Part shown: piece by piece, positions 1 to 9,459 of the stretch
How positions within the stretch are numbered: position 1 is the stretch's first letter
Layout: every line of letters begins with the position of its first letter
Source: an uncultured bacterium
GTDB taxonomy: Bacteria > Latescibacterota > UBA2968 > UBA8231
Reading direction: 5' to 3'
NCBI GenBank assembly: GCA_937942165.1
Contig: CALDFW010000052.1
Coordinates: 1 to 56,037, forward strand
Length of the DNA: 56,037 bases
Program-made: the position numbers and the translations under genes
Notes under the pieces: generated by a model
What the model was told of the DNA's origin: nothing
Databases searched by the model: none
What the model saw: the letters and a program-made list of their open reading frames with translations, nothing else

Positions 1-1572
1 CCACTGGGTGCCGATGGAGTAGTTCTATACGATGCGCGTTCTGGGATACAAACCGCAGACCTCACCGCTTTGTTTGGTCCTATCGAAACCCAGTATGGCA
101 CGCGCTTAGTCTATGGTCGTCGCCAAATGCGCTTTGAGGACCGATCGGCGACCGTAGAGGTTGTATTGGTAGACACAGAGCGCGCCCCCAATGGCTTGGA
201 CGATTTTAAGTATTACTTGGCCCATGAATTTGGCATTGATTCTCGCCGTTATGAGCACGAGTGGGAATACGAACACTATCTCCGGCTGTCTGAACCCGGC
301 TATGCTGTGATCGACGCACTCTGTGCCGATGAAGGTGGGGCGTGTCATATTCTGGCCCATGAATTCATGGGTTTAGGTGTCGCATATAAGGCGATTATGG
401 CCGGCAATCCTCGCTATAAAACACTATTTTACGCACATGAAGTTGCAACCGTGCGGCCCCTTATAGAGGACGGAGTCGGCGGCGACATTGCCTTTTATAA
501 TACGCTGCGTAGGGCCAGAGATGAAGGCCGCTACATAGAGTCCTATTACGGAGATCAAACGGCCTATTTTAAGCACGCCTTGGTGCGGCAAGCATGGCGG
601 TGTGACGCGGTCTTGGCCGTGGGGGATCTTGTGGTCGAAGAGCTTCGTTTTCTCGCGCCTGAGTTTGCCCATAAATCCATAGATCTCGTTTACAATGGCG
701 TGCCGGCCAAAGAGCTGAGTATGGAAGAGAGAGAAGCCGCGTCCGAGGGGCTCAAAAATGTATGTGCCAACTTGCTGGGATGGGCACCGGAATGGGTTTT
801 TACGCACGTGACTCGCCTAGTCCGCAGCAAGGGACTGTGGCGCGATTTACTCGTATTAAACCACCTGGATGCCCTACTGGCTGCACGCCGTCAGCGCGCG
901 GTGCTCATCGCGCTGACCTCGGAGGTTGGGCGGCGCAGCGAAGATTCGGTCCGGTCGATGGCTAAGGAGTATGCATGGCCTCTCGTTCATCGCGAAGGGG
1001 GCACTGACCTCAGTCCTGGTGAGCTCGAATTCGATCTGCAAGTTCGCGCATTTAATGCACGTTCCCGCGCGGTGAGGGTGCTCTTTGTCAATCAGTTTGG
1101 ATGGGATCGAGCCAGCTGTGGTGAGTGGATGCCCGAAGAAATGCATTTTGAACTGCTGCGTCAGGGCAGCGATGTTGAGTTTGGTCAATCTATATACGAA
1201 CCGTTTGGTATTGCGCAGGTCGAACCGCTGGGCTTTGGAGCCGTTAGCGTCGTTAGCGATGTATGCGGTTGTGTGGGATTTGTGGAGCGGTGCAGACCGA
1301 CTCAGGATGAATACGACGGTTTTATTATTGCTCCGTATACAAGAATGGCAGAGGACGTAGCCGATCCAACGGTAAAAATAGGGTCTGAACAGGTTGAATT
1401 GAACGAAGAGGTGCAGAGTCGCGCAGTTGCAGAAGCGATCTCCAATGCGCTACTGGGAGGTAAGAGAACGCGTCAGGCCCGCCTGCGGAATGGATTTGCC
1501 ACGGCATCGGCAATGAGCTGGGAACGCGTGACGACGGACTGGCTAGTGCCCGTGTTGGAACGGTTGGAATAG
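1..1572 (+). CDS. GT3-like (eukaryote/Bacteroidetes-type) glycogen synthase-related glycosyltransferase, 5' truncated
   Basis: Frame 1 is open from base 1. Motifs AHEFMG, YAHEVATVRP, LVYNG and SIYEPFGIAQVEPL (E-x7-E; compare GT3 PSYYEPWGYTPxE). Confidence 0.65.
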   Translation, partial: PLGADGVVLYDARSGIQTADLTALFGPIETQYGTRLVYGRRQMRFEDRSATVEVVLVDTERAPNGLDDFKYYLAHEFGIDSRRYEHEWEYEHYLRLSEPGYAVIDALCADEGGACHILAHEFMGLGVAYKAIMAGNPRYKTLFYAHEVATVRPLIEDGVGGDIAFYNTLRRARDEGRYIESYYGDQTAYFKHALVRQAWRCDAVLAVGDLVVEELRFLAPEFAHKSIDLVYNGVPAKELSMEEREAASEGLKNVCANLLGWAPEWVFTHVTRLVRSKGLWRDLLVLNHLDALLAARRQRAVLIALTSEVGRRSEDSVRSMAKEYAWPLVHREGGTDLSPGELEFDLQVRAFNARSRAVRVLFVNQFGWDRASCGEWMPEEMHFELLRQGSDVEFGQSIYEPFGIAQVEPLGFGAVSVVSDVCGCVGFVERCRPTQDEYDGFIIAPYTRMAEDVADPTVKIGSEQVELNEEVQSRAVAEAISNALLGGKRTRQARLRNGFATASAMSWERVTTDWLVPVLERLE

Positions 1573-1582
1573 GTGCGCAGTT

Positions 1583-1966
1583 TTATTGCTCACCCAGCGG
1601 GTCGTTCGAGAGGACTTCGCGCACTCTTGTTAAAAGCAGCTGGCTTTGAATGGGCTTCTTTATCACGGCGTAGACACAGTCGGGCTGATGTATAGCCGCT
1701 TCGTCATCGACCCAGCCTGAAACGATAATGATCGGAACGTTTTCGCCCTCGTCGCGGACCAAAAAGAGAAATTCTTCTCCGTCGAGATCGCCAGGCATGT
1801 GTAGGTCTAGCAGAATTAGGTCGTAGCGACGTTCGCGCAGCAGCTCGAGGGCGGCATCCGCACTTTCCGCCTGCTCAGATTGGTATCCATCCGTCTCTAA
1901 TATACGCGCAATCAGCTGACGTATAGCAGGCTCATCTTCTACGATTAAGATAGTTTGGTCTGACAT
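1583..1966 (-). CDS. Stand-alone response regulator receiver (CheY-like)
   Basis: ILIVEDE, LLDLHMP (phospho-Asp), IIVSG and KKP motifs; no output domain. Start set at MSDQ (1966). Confidence 0.9.
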   Translation of the reverse strand: MSDQTILIVEDEPAIRQLIARILETDGYQSEQAESADAALELLRERRYDLILLDLHMPGDLDGEEFLFLVRDEGENVPIIIVSGWVDDEAAIHQPDCVYAVIKKPIQSQLLLTRVREVLSNDPLGEQ

Positions 1967-2030
1967 ATTTTCCCGCTTGATGGGTAGTTGTCCCAAAGAT
2001 ACTGTTTTTCTACGCTGTGCCCCAAATCAT

Positions 2031-3692
2031 TTAAGGCGTTGGCGGCGCGTCTGCCGCACAGCGAAATCCGAGCGAGGGATCGCGGGTGCTGGGTACAAAT
2101 GCGAATCGCACCGTCGTCGTCAACACTTCTTGGGGGATACCGAGCTTCCAACTCGCTCCGCGTACGACGCGCAGTGCACTTTCCGTCGGTCCCTGAGGGT
2201 TAGTTGTTGGGCTGTCTGAATAGTAATCAGCTGCGTAAAAGTCTCCCGTCCATTCCTGCACGTTTCCGCTCATATCATGCAGTCCAAACGGACTGATACC
2301 TGAGGGATAGGATCCAACGCGCGTAGTCGATCCTATGTTGTTGTTGAAGTTAAGCAGGTCGCGGCTGGGGGGATCTGCTCCCCATGGAAACGTTCTCCCG
2401 TCGTCTCCCCTAGCGGCGCGCTCCCACTCGGCTTCCGTCGGCAAGCGCTTCTTAGCCCAGAGACAGTACGTGTCGGCCTGCGCCCAGTCTAGGCAGTTGA
2501 TGGGATGATCCGACCGCTCGTTGGCAACGGAGTTGCACCCGGCTGTGGTGCCCGTCGGTTCGCAGGTGCCAGTTTCTACACAGGCCTGATACTGTGCGGA
2601 AGAGACCTCGTATTTGTCTATCCAGTAAGCGCCGAGCTGTACGGCGTGCTCCGGTCCCTCATCTGCAGCGCCCGTCGCCGAACCCATGACAAATGTGCCT
2701 GCGGGAATTTCAATCATCCCAGCGACTTCGTTGAACAGACGCTCTAAAACCGTAATGGTTACGACATCCTGTAAACTGGTCAGGTCTCCATCTGAGACCG
2801 ATAGTCCAAAAACGTACTCGCCAGGTCGTTCGGCTGTAAAAGAAGGGCGCGTCGCTGTGCTGTCTGATAGGGAAACGCTGCCTCCGGGCACGCGCCCGAC
2901 GCTCCAGTGATACGTCAATTCAAGCCCATCGCCGTCCGGGTCGCTGCTTCCGCTGCCGTCTAGCTCTACGAGAGATCCTTGGGCTACCTGCTGGTCTTCA
3001 CCCGCATCGGCAATGGGCGGTAGATTGCTAGCGGTGCGCACCAGAATGCCCACTTCATCTTCTGCACTCAACTCTCCATCGCTAACGCGCAGGCGGAAGC
3101 GGTATTCACCTGCTGCAGATGATACGAAGTAGGTTTGCACGGCCGTTGAATCGGCGATTTCAACGCTGTCGGGCGCTGAAACTACGGACCAGCTATAGGT
3201 TAGCTCATCTCCGTTGGGATCGCTGCTGTTAATGCCGGAAAGGGGCACGTTTGCACCCGTTCCCACAATTAGATCGGGTCCAGCATCGGCTATCGGAGCG
3301 CGATTGTCGCTGCTGGCTGCCGTAACGAGTACGGTGTCGGGGAGGCTCAACGCCTCGCCATCATTGACGACTAGGACAAAGGTGTAAATACCTGCAGTGG
3401 TGGGAATAAACTGGAAGCGCACCTGGTCGTCTGGCGAGATAACAACCTGCGTGCGGTCGCTGCCGGCCTGCTCCCAGAGATAGGTGAGGGTGCCACCTTC
3501 CGGGTCGCTACTTTCGGCCCCGCTAAGCGTCGTGCGCGTTCCTGTTTCTACCTGTTGGTCTTGACCTGCATTGGCAACGGGACGCTCGTTGGGAGCAGGA
3601 GGAGCAGGTGGGGCACTGCAGGCAGCTGCCCAAACCACAAAGGGCAGGATAAGTGTACGGCGTATCCACGGAGAGATCATTCGGTTTTTCAT
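2031..3692 (-). CDS. Lipoprotein with three PKD/K319-like Ig repeats and a C-terminal FGE-sulfatase (SUMF1-like) domain
   Basis: Lipobox WAAAC; three N.P.A.AG.D...L.G..S.DP.G..L.Y.W repeats; RLPTEAEWERAARG, GLHDMSGNVQEW, GFRC. Start moved to MKNRM because a promoter lies at 3756-3784. Confidence 0.85.
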   Translation of the reverse strand: MKNRMISPWIRRTLILPFVVWAAACSAPPAPPAPNERPVANAGQDQQVETGTRTTLSGAESSDPEGGTLTYLWEQAGSDRTQVVISPDDQVRFQFIPTTAGIYTFVLVVNDGEALSLPDTVLVTAASSDNRAPIADAGPDLIVGTGANVPLSGINSSDPNGDELTYSWSVVSAPDSVEIADSTAVQTYFVSSAAGEYRFRLRVSDGELSAEDEVGILVRTASNLPPIADAGEDQQVAQGSLVELDGSGSSDPDGDGLELTYHWSVGRVPGGSVSLSDSTATRPSFTAERPGEYVFGLSVSDGDLTSLQDVVTITVLERLFNEVAGMIEIPAGTFVMGSATGAADEGPEHAVQLGAYWIDKYEVSSAQYQACVETGTCEPTGTTAGCNSVANERSDHPINCLDWAQADTYCLWAKKRLPTEAEWERAARGDDGRTFPWGADPPSRDLLNFNNNIGSTTRVGSYPSGISPFGLHDMSGNVQEWTGDFYAADYYSDSPTTNPQGPTESALRVVRGASWKLGIPQEVLTTTVRFAFVPSTRDPSLGFRCAADAPPTP

Positions 3693-3755
3693 CGAGTTAG
3701 GTCGGCGTAAAGTACGGGGGGAGCTGCAGGAAGAAAGAGGGGTGTGGGTAGACCT

Positions 3756-3784
3756 ATGATAAAAGTAAGTAAGCAGACTGTCAA
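3756..3784 (-). promoter_or_regulatory. Sigma70-type promoter for the PKD-FGE/receiver genes
   Basis: Minus strand reads TTGACA-17 nt-TATCAT. Confidence 0.65.
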
Positions 3785-3814
3785 TCGGATCTATGTGCTG
3801 GATGACAAAAGAGA

Positions 3815-5635
3815 ATGCGACGATTATATTGGACGCCAGAGGAGTTAACGTTTGTGACCCATTTGCCATGTCGTCAAGACGCGCACGAGGCCAACCTCGG
3901 TCTCTTTGATGGAACAGTTCCCCATCAGAGGGTTAACCATGCCCTAGCAAGAGGTCAGAAAACGATTCTGCTCGGTGAGCAAACGCGCTTGCCCTATTTT
4001 CCCGATGATGATCGCCTGCCCAAGCTGCACGCTGGGGATCCGCTTGTTTTGCTGCTGTGGAAGGTGTTGCGAAAGATTCCGGAGAATTTGCGTCAAGCTA
4101 TTTTGGACGCACCCTTGAGCTTGACGTTGTTGCGCAGCGATCACCTGCTCTATTTTGACACGTATCGCTGCCATCAGGCGATTCACATTGGGCGACGCCG
4201 TCGGACGATCTACCTGCCCGAACGCCTCTTACACTCTGCCGAAGAACGCGGGTATGACTATTGGGCACTGGCAGAGGGAATCATTTTTGCCTCTTGGCAA
4301 CTTCTCGATTATCTGCTCTTAGTGGATACCATCGGTGCGTATCAGGCGCTGCTGAAAAAACTGCCAGCCCATCGGTTGGGAGAGGCGCTGCAGCTCAAGT
4401 TAATCGAGACGCATAACCAGCATCGGCGTGACAGCGTGGACGCCAACCGTTCAGAGCTGGGAGAATTTGCCGATGCCTATCGAGCGCGGCTCTTGGCCCT
4501 GCGCCCTGACAGAGTTGTTAGGGAAGATTACTTTGGTCTTGCGCACGAGTTATTTGACGTTGAGATCGAGCGAGCTTGGGCGCTGGATAAGATGGAGCGG
4601 ATAGCGCAAGTTTTTGAATTTCCCCGCCTGTTTCACTTTGACCGCGATATCATTCACGGATTGGCCCGTGAGATGGCGGAGGCTCGTCAACAGAGCGTCG
4701 ACCCGGGAACATTTGCCGACGTGCTGCACGACTATCGCGATGCGCTGCGCTTTGAGCGAGATCCGCTCAAGACGACTTTGGGTAAGACCGTTATGCCCAA
4801 ACCACGGGCCACTTTTTTACAGGCCGTTGTTTTCCTTGGGGCAGCAGGGATACGCAACTTTTTTATCGCTTATGCAGAGGGAGAAGAGGAGGATGTAAGG
4901 GCGCTTATGCATCCGCTATGGATGTATCTCTGCTCGCTTAGCTCCGATCCGGCGGGTATTTTTTCGCGCATTGGCCGATGCCGAGCCATTGGGAGAGAAG
5001 GGCTCAAAGAGGACTGGGAACGGCTCCTAGCGGGGATTCTTATTCGACTGGATCGAGCGGAAAACTACAAGCAGTTGGTTGCTGAAGTAGGCGCGATGGG
5101 TACCGGCGTGCGTGAAGAGCTGCTCGCGCTTGTTCGCGCGCAGCGTTTGGCAGAAGAAGATGAGTGGGAGGTATTCAAAGGACAAAAGCAAGGCATCGTT
5201 ACCCATGCTTGTATCGCGCTGGATGCATTAGATGGGTTTAGCCCAGAGGTCGAAGAGGTCGATTGGCACAGCGATGATATAATTTGCGCTGTCCTTGCCG
5301 ATCGCCCGCACAGGTTTAGCTCTGACCCCAGCGGAATTTTAATGTATATGCGCACATATAAAAATACCATGGAACGATTTGGGGGTGGGGATCCCGACAG
5401 CCTATTTATTCTGGCTTCTATACTAGTGCGTATGGATAAATCCGAAAAATATGACAAACTACTCGAGTGCGTATATGCAATGGGCAAGCCCGCTTTTTCT
5501 GCACTACACGCCGTATTTGAACAGATTCCAGAACGCGATATGGAACGTCGAGAAATTCTTAAGCAGTCGCGCATTTTATGGAGCCGAATGATGGCCCGGA
5601 CGCGAAAAAGAGCGGTAAAGGGTAGGAAATCATGA
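3815..5635 (+). CDS. Hypothetical helical protein (606 aa) with a duplicated ~55-aa C-terminal motif
   Basis: Long ORF, ATGA-coupled to the next gene; the motif SSDPxG...LAxILxRxDxxExYxxL...AMG occurs twice. Confidence 0.75.
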   Translation: MRRLYWTPEELTFVTHLPCRQDAHEANLGLFDGTVPHQRVNHALARGQKTILLGEQTRLPYFPDDDRLPKLHAGDPLVLLLWKVLRKIPENLRQAILDAPLSLTLLRSDHLLYFDTYRCHQAIHIGRRRRTIYLPERLLHSAEERGYDYWALAEGIIFASWQLLDYLLLVDTIGAYQALLKKLPAHRLGEALQLKLIETHNQHRRDSVDANRSELGEFADAYRARLLALRPDRVVREDYFGLAHELFDVEIERAWALDKMERIAQVFEFPRLFHFDRDIIHGLAREMAEARQQSVDPGTFADVLHDYRDALRFERDPLKTTLGKTVMPKPRATFLQAVVFLGAAGIRNFFIAYAEGEEEDVRALMHPLWMYLCSLSSDPAGIFSRIGRCRAIGREGLKEDWERLLAGILIRLDRAENYKQLVAEVGAMGTGVREELLALVRAQRLAEEDEWEVFKGQKQGIVTHACIALDALDGFSPEVEEVDWHSDDIICAVLADRPHRFSSDPSGILMYMRTYKNTMERFGGGDPDSLFILASILVRMDKSEKYDKLLECVYAMGKPAFSALHAVFEQIPERDMERREILKQSRILWSRMMARTRKRAVKGRKS

Positions 5636-6705
5636 GAAGATGTATATGCGGCTTCCTCATTTTTTTAGTGGGATGTGCTGCCCTGGGAGGACCGCCGGGA
5701 AATCGCAAAGAATTGGTTGATGCGGTCGGGGAGGGGCTTCGCCAGCTTGACCTTACTGGAGAAATTGTCTGGGTAGGTCTGAGAGATGCGGCGGGCAAAG
5801 AGACGGCGTCCACCCAGGCGATTGAAGAATATGTTTTATCGGGATTAGTCCGTATGGGCGTGTCTTTTTCGATGCCTGAAAGCGTTCCTAGTACGTGGCC
5901 TGATGGCGTTATACCCTGGGAGGAAGGCGCTCCTGAGCGTCGAGTACTGGGTGGCCAGCTGGTCGAAGATGGATCTTGGGGATACCTCCGACTCTCTGTC
6001 GTGGATGGGGCGCGAGGTGATAGAGTACAGGCTGCTGTGCGAGGCATAGAGATACGGCATATCGAAGACGAAGTTGCACAGCGCGCGCGGGCCGACGGAA
6101 AGGGAGACGAAGGTCTGCCAATAGAGGTCGAATTGCACTGGGTCGTCTTGCGCAGTGAAGGAGATATTCGTCGTCAGATTGAGCTACGCGAAGAGAGCAC
6201 GCTGCGCGAGGGTGATCAGCTGCAGGTGCGTTTCAGGCTCAACCGAGACGCTCAGGTATATGCCTTTCTATTTAGCTCAGAAGGAGAGCGTATTTCGTTA
6301 GTCACGGATGAGTATCGCTATTCGGGATTACCGTATTACGGTCCAGGCGAAAATAGCTGGATAACGATGACGGAACCAGACCGCGTGTATACCGCTTATT
6401 TTATGGTTGGAGCGCGTCTGTTAGAAGAGAATTCCGCTGAGTTTTTTGAACGTCTCGACGAACTCGTAGAGCAGAGGCAGGTCGACCGGTATATGGGTTT
6501 GGAAAAGCAGGATGCTACGCTGGTAGAATTCGTACAGCGAAGCTTCGTCAACGGGCTACCCATTCGCGTAGTGCGGGGTATGGAAGAAGTTACCCCCGGG
6601 CGGGTAGAGACGATGGTCTATAGCGATGGAACTCGGATCCAGAGCACTGCCGAAAAATGGAATGCGCCGGTGATCGTGCGCGCCTTTAGTTTTTCTGTTC
6701 AGTGA
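5632..6705 (+). CDS. Lipoprotein with a DUF4384-like domain
   Basis: Lipobox LVGC; LREGDQLQVRFRLNRDAQVYAFLFSSEG resembles DUF4384. Confidence 0.65.
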   Translation: MRRCICGFLIFLVGCAALGGPPGNRKELVDAVGEGLRQLDLTGEIVWVGLRDAAGKETASTQAIEEYVLSGLVRMGVSFSMPESVPSTWPDGVIPWEEGAPERRVLGGQLVEDGSWGYLRLSVVDGARGDRVQAAVRGIEIRHIEDEVAQRARADGKGDEGLPIEVELHWVVLRSEGDIRRQIELREESTLREGDQLQVRFRLNRDAQVYAFLFSSEGERISLVTDEYRYSGLPYYGPGENSWITMTEPDRVYTAYFMVGARLLEENSAEFFERLDELVEQRQVDRYMGLEKQDATLVEFVQRSFVNGLPIRVVRGMEEVTPGRVETMVYSDGTRIQSTAEKWNAPVIVRAFSFSVQ

Positions 6706-6727
6706 TACGCTTAAATAGGAGCTATAT

Positions 6728-7501
6728 ATGGCACACATTAAAATTACCTACATTGGGCACGCTTCTTTTTGCTTTCAATCGCAGAAGGGTACGACCATCT
6801 ATTTTGACGCCTGGCTCGATGAGAATCCGCTATCGCGGCTCAAGCTTGCGAAAGTGGAGAGAGCAGATGTCGTTGTCGCAAGCCATGGCCATAACGACCA
6901 CATTGGCGACAGCTTTGCGCTTTGCAAAAAAACGCGAGCAAAGTTCGTGGGCAATTACGAACTCTGTTTAGCCGCCCAAGCCAACGGACTGAAGCTGGGG
7001 TCGCGCGCACTGCCTCTCAATCCCGGTGGATCGACCAAGGTGAAAGATGTGCGCTTTACGATGGTCCAAGCTTTCCATTCACTGTCTCTCTCTCCGCGCG
7101 TCTTGCCGACAGTCCCTGGAGAGGAGTCCGTGTTTCATGCCGACGGTGCGGTGGGTGGCTACGTGATGTCTTTTGATAATGGCATTAGCATTTACAACAC
7201 TTCGGATACCTGTTTATTCAGCGACATGCAGCTTATCGGCCAGATGCACGGGCCGCAGGTGGCTATTTTGCCCGTTGGAGGAAAGTTTACGATGGGCGTT
7301 CGTGAGGCAGCACGTGCTACCAGCTATATTCGTCCGGACATCGTCATTCCCTGTCACTACGGCGAACCCGTGGGACAGCCCGCAGACATAGATGAGCTAA
7401 AGGCGCAGGTCGAGTTTCTTTCGCCGAATACGGAAGTGGTGGCTCTACGTCCAGGACAGTCCGTTACCTATACGGCGAGCTCATACCGAATAGGGAGATA
7501 A
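6728..7501 (+). CDS. Metallo-beta-lactamase-fold metal-dependent hydrolase (UPF0173-like)
   Basis: ITYIGHASF, SHGHNDH (HxHxDH), AFHS, SDT, LPVGG.FTMG, PCHY. Confidence 0.9.
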   Translation: MAHIKITYIGHASFCFQSQKGTTIYFDAWLDENPLSRLKLAKVERADVVVASHGHNDHIGDSFALCKKTRAKFVGNYELCLAAQANGLKLGSRALPLNPGGSTKVKDVRFTMVQAFHSLSLSPRVLPTVPGEESVFHADGAVGGYVMSFDNGISIYNTSDTCLFSDMQLIGQMHGPQVAILPVGGKFTMGVREAARATSYIRPDIVIPCHYGEPVGQPADIDELKAQVEFLSPNTEVVALRPGQSVTYTASSYRIGR

Positions 7502-7520
7502 GCACCCGTCGACGTGCAGT

Positions 7521-8711
7521 CTAGAGGACCGAAGCAATAGCGGTACACAGCACGTCCATATTGGCGCCCGTCATTCCGGCCACGTTAATACGTCCCCCGC
7601 CGACAATGTAAATAGCATACTCTTCGCGCAGTCTTTTGACTTGCTCATCGCTCAGTCCCGAATAGGAAAACATGCCGCGCTGGCGGGCGATAAATGAAAA
7701 ATCTCCCTGCGCCCCTTTTTCTGCCAGCGTGTCGACGAGGAGTCGGCGCATTCCGTTAATGCGGGCCCGCATTTGGGCCACTTCATCCTCCCACTGAGAG
7801 CGAAGAGCCGCGTCTGATAAAATTTCTGCAACGATGGCCGAACCGTGGGCGGGCGGATTGGAATAGCTCGTTCGCACGGCAATCTTTAAGTGGCTGAGAC
7901 CGCGCGCTGCAGCTTCGCTGTTTTTTGCTACGAGGGTAAGGGCGCCAATGCGTTCTCGATAGAGACCGAAGTTTTTGGAAAAAGAGGAGGCGATCAGCAG
8001 CTCCTGTCCGGGCCGACAAAGGGCTCGCAGTCCGGCGGCATCTTCCTCGAGTCCGTCGCCAAATCCCTGGTAGGCAAAATCGACTAGGGGCAGCCAACCG
8101 GCTTCCTGTGCGACGTCCGCAATCTCTTCCCACTGATCTGATGTGGGGTCTACGCCGGTTGGATTGTGGCAACAGCCGTGCAAGAGCACTATGTCTCCGG
8201 CCGGTACGGTCCTTAGGGCTTCGATCATAGAGGCAAAGTCGAGTCCATTGTTTGATGCATCAAAGTAGGGATAGTTCTGAACGTCGATTCCAGCAGATTG
8301 AAAAATCTTTGGATGGTTGGCCCAGGTAGGCTGACTCAGCCATAGCCGCGCTGAGGGGAAATGGCGCGCGAGAAAATCCCCGGCGATCCGTAGTGCGCCC
8401 GTTCCACCGGGGCTTTGCACTGTCACGGCTCGTTCGCTGCGAATAATTTCGTGATCTTCGTTTAGGAGAAGCGTCTGCACGGCGCGGTTGTATTCTGGCG
8501 TTCCGTCAATGGCCAAATAGCTTTTGGAGGTCGCACTGGACACAATGCGCCTCTCCGCCTCAGCTACGGAAGGTAAGATGGGTGTTTTCCCTTCATCATC
8601 CTGGTATACGCCCACCCCGAGGTTAATTTTTTGTGGATTAGTATCGCTTTTGAAGGCGGCGCTGAGCCCCAAAATGGGGTCAGCTGGAGCCATATCTAAT
8701 TTTTCAAACAT
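7521..8711 (-). CDS. aspC: Aspartate/aromatic amino-acid aminotransferase (AspC/TyrB family)
   Basis: APADPILG, NLGVGVY, HGCCHNPTG, DFAYQGFG, SFSKNFGLYRERIG (PLP Lys). Start set at MFEKL. Confidence 0.93.
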   Translation of the reverse strand: MFEKLDMAPADPILGLSAAFKSDTNPQKINLGVGVYQDDEGKTPILPSVAEAERRIVSSATSKSYLAIDGTPEYNRAVQTLLLNEDHEIIRSERAVTVQSPGGTGALRIAGDFLARHFPSARLWLSQPTWANHPKIFQSAGIDVQNYPYFDASNNGLDFASMIEALRTVPAGDIVLLHGCCHNPTGVDPTSDQWEEIADVAQEAGWLPLVDFAYQGFGDGLEEDAAGLRALCRPGQELLIASSFSKNFGLYRERIGALTLVAKNSEAAARGLSHLKIAVRTSYSNPPAHGSAIVAEILSDAALRSQWEDEVAQMRARINGMRRLLVDTLAEKGAQGDFSFIARQRGMFSYSGLSDEQVKRLREEYAIYIVGGGRINVAGMTGANMDVLCTAIASVL

Positions 8712-8778
8712 TGCGTACCTTTGCGTTAAATAAGAGTGATGCTCTAAAAATAATAACAGATAGTTCGAGAGGGAAACC

Positions 8779-9459
8779 GTGTTAAAAAAACTCGTTCGAG
8801 CGTGTGGGTATGATGTGCGTCGACGCCGGTGGAGACCGGAGCATCTTGCCCGATTGGTCGAAGCGCGGACGGTGGTAGACGTAGGGGTTGCTTCTGGCAC
8901 GTGGGAACTGTACAAAGCCTTTCCCAACGCGCGCTTTGTCCTAGTGGAACCGCTGCGCGATTACGAACCAGAACTGCAGAAAATAGCGCGTCAATATCGA
9001 TGCGACATCGTGTATAAGGCCCTAGGGGATGTTGAAGAGCGGCGAGAAATATATGTGGATTCTGAAATACGTACGCGCTCTTCTTTGCACGAAAGGACGG
9101 AACTCACGCGCACTGGATCTGTGCTGGAGAAAAGGGAAATAGAAGTAACGACGCTGGATCGACTGCTCGAATCACATCCCGATTTAGAGAGGCCACTGCT
9201 CTTAAAGATCGATACAGAAGGATACGAGTTAAACGTCATACGAGGGGGAGCGGCTTTTCTACGTCAGGTTGACGTGGTTATAGCCGAAGTGTCCGTTGCC
9301 GAGCGTTTTTCCGGTTCATATGCTTTTGCCGAGTTTATTGGCACGATGGCCGAAGAGGGGTTTGACGTCCATGACTTTTTACGCCTGAGCTATCGCCGCG
9401 ATGGTACGGGCACCCAGATGGCCGATATTGCTTTTGTAAATCGCGACCGATTAGGCTAA
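8779..9459 (+). CDS. FkbM family methyltransferase
   Basis: VVDVGVASG, LVEP, TTLD, LLKIDTEGYELNVIRGG. Confidence 0.88.
   Translation: MLKKLVRACGYDVRRRRWRPEHLARLVEARTVVDVGVASGTWELYKAFPNARFVLVEPLRDYEPELQKIARQYRCDIVYKALGDVEERREIYVDSEIRTRSSLHERTELTRTGSVLEKREIEVTTLDRLLESHPDLERPLLLKIDTEGYELNVIRGGAAFLRQVDVVIAEVSVAERFSGSYAFAEFIGTMAEEGFDVHDFLRLSYRRDGTGTQMADIAFVNRDRLG

Noticed and set aside
1962-1974. GACATATTTTCCC matching the flagellar box at the receiver gene start
   Set aside because: It coincides with the gene's own RBS and ATG (GGGAAAATATGTC), so chance is a sufficient explanation, and no sigma54 promoter is nearby.
8712-8927. N-terminal extensions given in the ORF track (aspC; also the PKD-FGE, kinase, csrA and triple-GT ORFs)
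   Set aside because: They overlap neighbouring genes or promoters; family motifs begin at the downstream starts used here.
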